From assembly GCA_051294375.1 (NCBI GenBank), contig CM119265.1:1954267-2018266 (forward strand): a stretch of DNA of 64,000 nucleotides, given 5' to 3'. Shown in pieces: positions 60,462 through 64,000 of this stretch. The position numbers and the translations under genes are program-made. The DNA is from Paraspadella gotoi. Taxonomy: Eukaryota; Animalia; Chaetognatha. The stretch's first letter is position 1; each line of letters begins with the position of its first letter. The notes beneath the pieces were generated by a model, which saw only the letters and a list, made by a program, of their open reading frames with translations, was not told the origin of the DNA and made no database searches.

Positions 60462-61532
60462 GTTAGTGAGTCGGACGGATGTAGGGTAGGACGTAGGGTT
60501 CGCACTTTTGAAAATCGCAAATTTTGCCCCCTCTCGTAATAAAACTTCATTTCTCTTCACTGATGAAGTGACTTAATATCACTACAGAGTGGAGACTTTG
60601 ACCAATATCGAAGAAAATTGTTAATTGTTAAGTCTTATCGTATTGATCTGAGAGATATAAGAAGCACACAATATGACAGGGAGACGCTGACCAAGAACTC
60701 CATATTATTACTATATAGCACGATACGCAATTACTCATTTATCTGAAAGGTAAACAGAGTGAAAAATATGATAGTTCAAAGCTTGAGGGGACTTGAAGGC
60801 GTGAAGAAATAGAGGAAAAATACTGGTATATTTCGCGAAGAGTAGAAATGAGAGAATGTATCGCTAGACAAAATATACTGAGGGGCAGGAGGAGGAAAGA
60901 AGAAGAAGAGGAAGAGGAGAATTGAACGGCAGGCTAAATCCTCCTCTGCAAAGCAATCATTATTTATATTTATATTAAAGAACAGTTATTGAAATGGTCG
61001 TAGCAAATTGTTCCTCATCTCGTGTCCCTCGATGTCCGAACGAATTTGTCTCCAACACTCGGAGCAAGTGGATAAGTCACTTTTCGATCGGTCTGTCGGT
61101 CGGTATGTCTGTCCGTCGATCTGTCCCACTAACGTTAAAAATGTACAAAAAAACTTAAAATATAAAGGACTGCTAGCGCCGCCTTCAGGAAATCCTAAAA
61201 GACGGAATTCCGATGCAGTGCATGTCATAATTACACACATAAATACAAAGGCTAAGAAAGATACGTCATGTCATGTCACGAGAAATTCACATGAAAATAA
61301 AGTCACTGCGGCGCAACACATTCGATGAATCGATCTTGTTATCGTCGTCATCGACTTCTTGGTCCGTCTGGTTAAGCCTTGTATTCAGCTTCTAGGATGT
61401 AATGTTCTTCTCTAAAAACTAATATCTAATTATCTATATTCTATAAATACTGCATAGTTTCATTTTTTATCATTTAAATCTCTTTTATTCTATTGTCGTT
61501 CAGCCAAGAGTGCATTCGTATGGTCCATCTGC

Positions 61533-64000
61533 AATTCTCATATCGGTCCGCCTCGCCACGAAATGCCCTATGTGGATCATCCGAAATTTTGCCGCTCCTT
61601 TGGAAGGGCCGCCTCTACCAGTACAGAGTCCTTCTTTTCGGCCTCTCGACGGGCCCTTGGCTTTTCACCAAGACGACGAGGCCCCCTTAGTGCTTTGGCT
61701 CCGCCCACTGGGGATTCGATGCCTTTTTTTCATGTAGACGGCATCTTGATCCTGGTTTCCTCGGCGGAGGATTGTCGACGAGCCACTCGGAAGGCGGTGT
61801 GGCTACTCAAGAAGGCGGGGTTCATCATCCACCTTCAGAAGTCGAGCCTGTCTCCCTCTCAGAGCTTCGATTTCCTCGGTTTCGTTTGGGACAGCCTCTC
61901 CCACTCCATCGCGCTCCCGGAGACGAAAATTACGACTCTTCGCTCTCGCGGAGAATCTTTGCCAACGACCGCACCACGTGCTCGTCAGTGCCTTCAGCTC
62001 TAGGCCATTCGACGGCGGCGTCCTTGGCAGTACCGCTGCTACGCTGCAGGTTTTCGAGGATTCAACGAGACGTCTATCGTGTCTACAAGTCGAAGAAGGA
62101 TCTCGACCGCGTTGTTCCTCTCCACTCGCCGGCGATGGAGGAGCTGCGGTGGATCGCAGCCTTCTCTCCAGACCAGTGCTTCGCTCCGATCGACGACCTC
62201 CTCCCGGAGGTCTGCACGCTGGAGGTGACGACGGATGCTTCGTCGCAGGATGGGGGTTTCTCCATCAGGGCCAACTGTCAATGGGAACCTGGTCGACTGC
62301 GGATGCCCCTCTCCTTTTCTTTGTGAAGGAGTTCACAGTTTTGAGGACCTTCCTCCAACGATTCGGAGCTTCCTTCCACGGCGCGTCCATCCTTGGAAGA
62401 CGGACAGCTTCGTCTCTCTCACCTGCCTTCGTCGGGGCTGCAGCAGGAGTCCATCTCTCTTCGGAGGAGATTCTCATCACGGCCGCGGCGTCGAGGGGCC
62501 GCAAGGTGGCGGACTGGAAACTCCTTCCGAGAGTTTTCCGCCAGATGGTCGACATATTCGGTCTCCCCAGCATCGATTTTTCGCGACTCCCCCGGTCGGC
62601 TCAAGTTCCACGTTTTTTTTGCCTGGGAGGCGACGCTGGAGGCGGAGGGATAGACGCCTTGGCGCAACGCTGGGTCTTCGACCTGGCCTATCTCTTCCTC
62701 CCCCTCCTCTGCTGATGATGGTGATCCGCAAGCTGGAGAAGGCGAGGGGCTCCCTTCTCCTGATCACCCCGTTTTGGCCGGCTCAGAAGTGGTTCCAGAG
62801 CCTCCTTTTTCCTTCGGTTTCTGGACGCGAGGCGCCTTCCGGCGCCGAACAACCTCGTCGTCGACCTCGTGTCCGGACTTCCGCCACCGCAGGCGGATCG
62901 CTTCAGGCTCGTCGTCTGAAGGTTTTTAGGCGGTGCCACAATCTCTCCGACATCGACGACTCCACCTTCTCCGTCATCGTCGACAGCTGGAGAGGCTCTA
63001 CCAGAGCGCTACGCCAGAGCTTGGTGCTCCTTCTGCGACTTCCTTCAGGATAGAGAGGTTCGAGGACCTCTCGTACAGCACAGATCGGCCATCTCAGCTA
63101 CTCTCCCCCCCCCTGGCGGGAGCGCCGGTTGGAGAGCTTCCTTGGTCCGGCGCCTTCTCAAGGGAGTTTTCGAGAGACGCCCTCCTCACGTCGGATTTTC
63201 CCCACGTGGAATGCGGCCCTCGGTTTTACGCATTCTCGACTCGGCGCCACTTCCGATCGCGCGAGGGATCTTCTACGACGCTCGCTCTTTCTCGTCGCTT
63301 TAGCGTCAGTTCGTCGCCCTTCAGAGATCGTCTCTCTTCGTTGCGACACGGGCTCTCCTCCCTTAGCGGCAGATCACGTTCGTCTGGTTCCATCGACGCT
63401 CTCGAGGACGGACAGGGTCGGACACATGGGTCCGGCGTTCCGTCTCGATTCGCTGCCGCTCTCGGATCGTTGCCCGGTTCAGGCGCTGCGCAATTGGCTC
63501 TCTCTTCGTTCGGAATTGGCGCCGCCGCACGATTTTCTTTTCTGCACCCCCGCGCCGCCTTTTCGTCAACTCTCGACGCAGCGTTTCGCCTCCATTCTCA
63601 AGGAGCTCTTTTTGGAGGCAGATGCTTCTGCGCCCCGGGGTCGACACACCTATGGCGGTTTCAGAAGCCTTCGCTCGCGGCGTGGATCTCGGCGTCATCT
63701 TAGCGCGGGAGATTGGTCTGGAGCGCAGACCTTCTTCCGTTTCTACTGCAGGGACGTCGCGTGGGGCGCCCCTCCGGGACCTTCTAGGGACGTTTGAGGC
63801 TTTTGTATACCCGGATGAGGGAGGGAGCCGGCTTGGGATTTGCCGGGCTCCCATTGGTCGAGGCCGGTCACGTGACGGCTTCCCCCTGATTTTCTTTTTT
63901 TCATCTATCGATGTTATTTTGTTCGTTTTTCTTACTCTGATAAACGCGCGATCTATCGACTAGCGCGAACAAAAGGGCATTTCGTGGCGAGGCGGACCGA
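61533..64000 (+). mobile_element. Degenerate DIRS-like retrotransposon (partial RT, RNase H, methyltransferase-like region, tyrosine recombinase)
   Basis: YQYRVLLFGLSTGPWLFTK; FDFLGFVWD; VTTDAS; IDALAQRW..AYLF; LITPFWPAQKWF; LVALASVRRPSEI; AGDWSGAQTFFRFY; 61542-61568 is the reverse complement of 63974-64000. Confidence 0.92.

Noticed and set aside
60553-60600. Hammerhead ribozyme (CTGATGA + AGTGA/TCACT stem)
   Set aside because: The required GAAA and stem III/NUH are missing.
1-64000. Most antisense and overlapping ORFs in the six-frame track
   Set aside because: They are shadows of GC-rich exons or translations of microsatellites.

Overview
Eukaryotic (metazoan-like), intron-rich genomic DNA, not prokaryotic. 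Host genes on the + strand are importin-9, VPS16, PPP4R1, an ABCA transporter, a zf-MYND/prefoldin-1 fusion gene, EDEM2 and a probable FIRRM/C1orf112. A sigma-class GST lies antisense inside the intron of the fusion gene. Two DIRS-type (tyrosine-recombinase) retroelements sit in introns. A ~19 kb accessory island (~35.9-55.0 kb) holds a CCA-ended tRNA-Leu half, two LTR elements and decayed intron-containing orphan genes. It also holds a spliced Maverick/Polinton-type packaging ATPase remnant that is absent from the ORF track, and a phased 21-bp ETS+CRE array ending near a possible Polinton terminus. Best candidates for novelty: an intron-bearing Maverick-like endogenous virus, a DIRS element whose ICR lies inside gag (possibly in an intron), the MYND-PFDN1 fusion, and operon-like gene packing with unpaired splice acceptors. 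All family calls come from motif recognition by eye; no searches were run.
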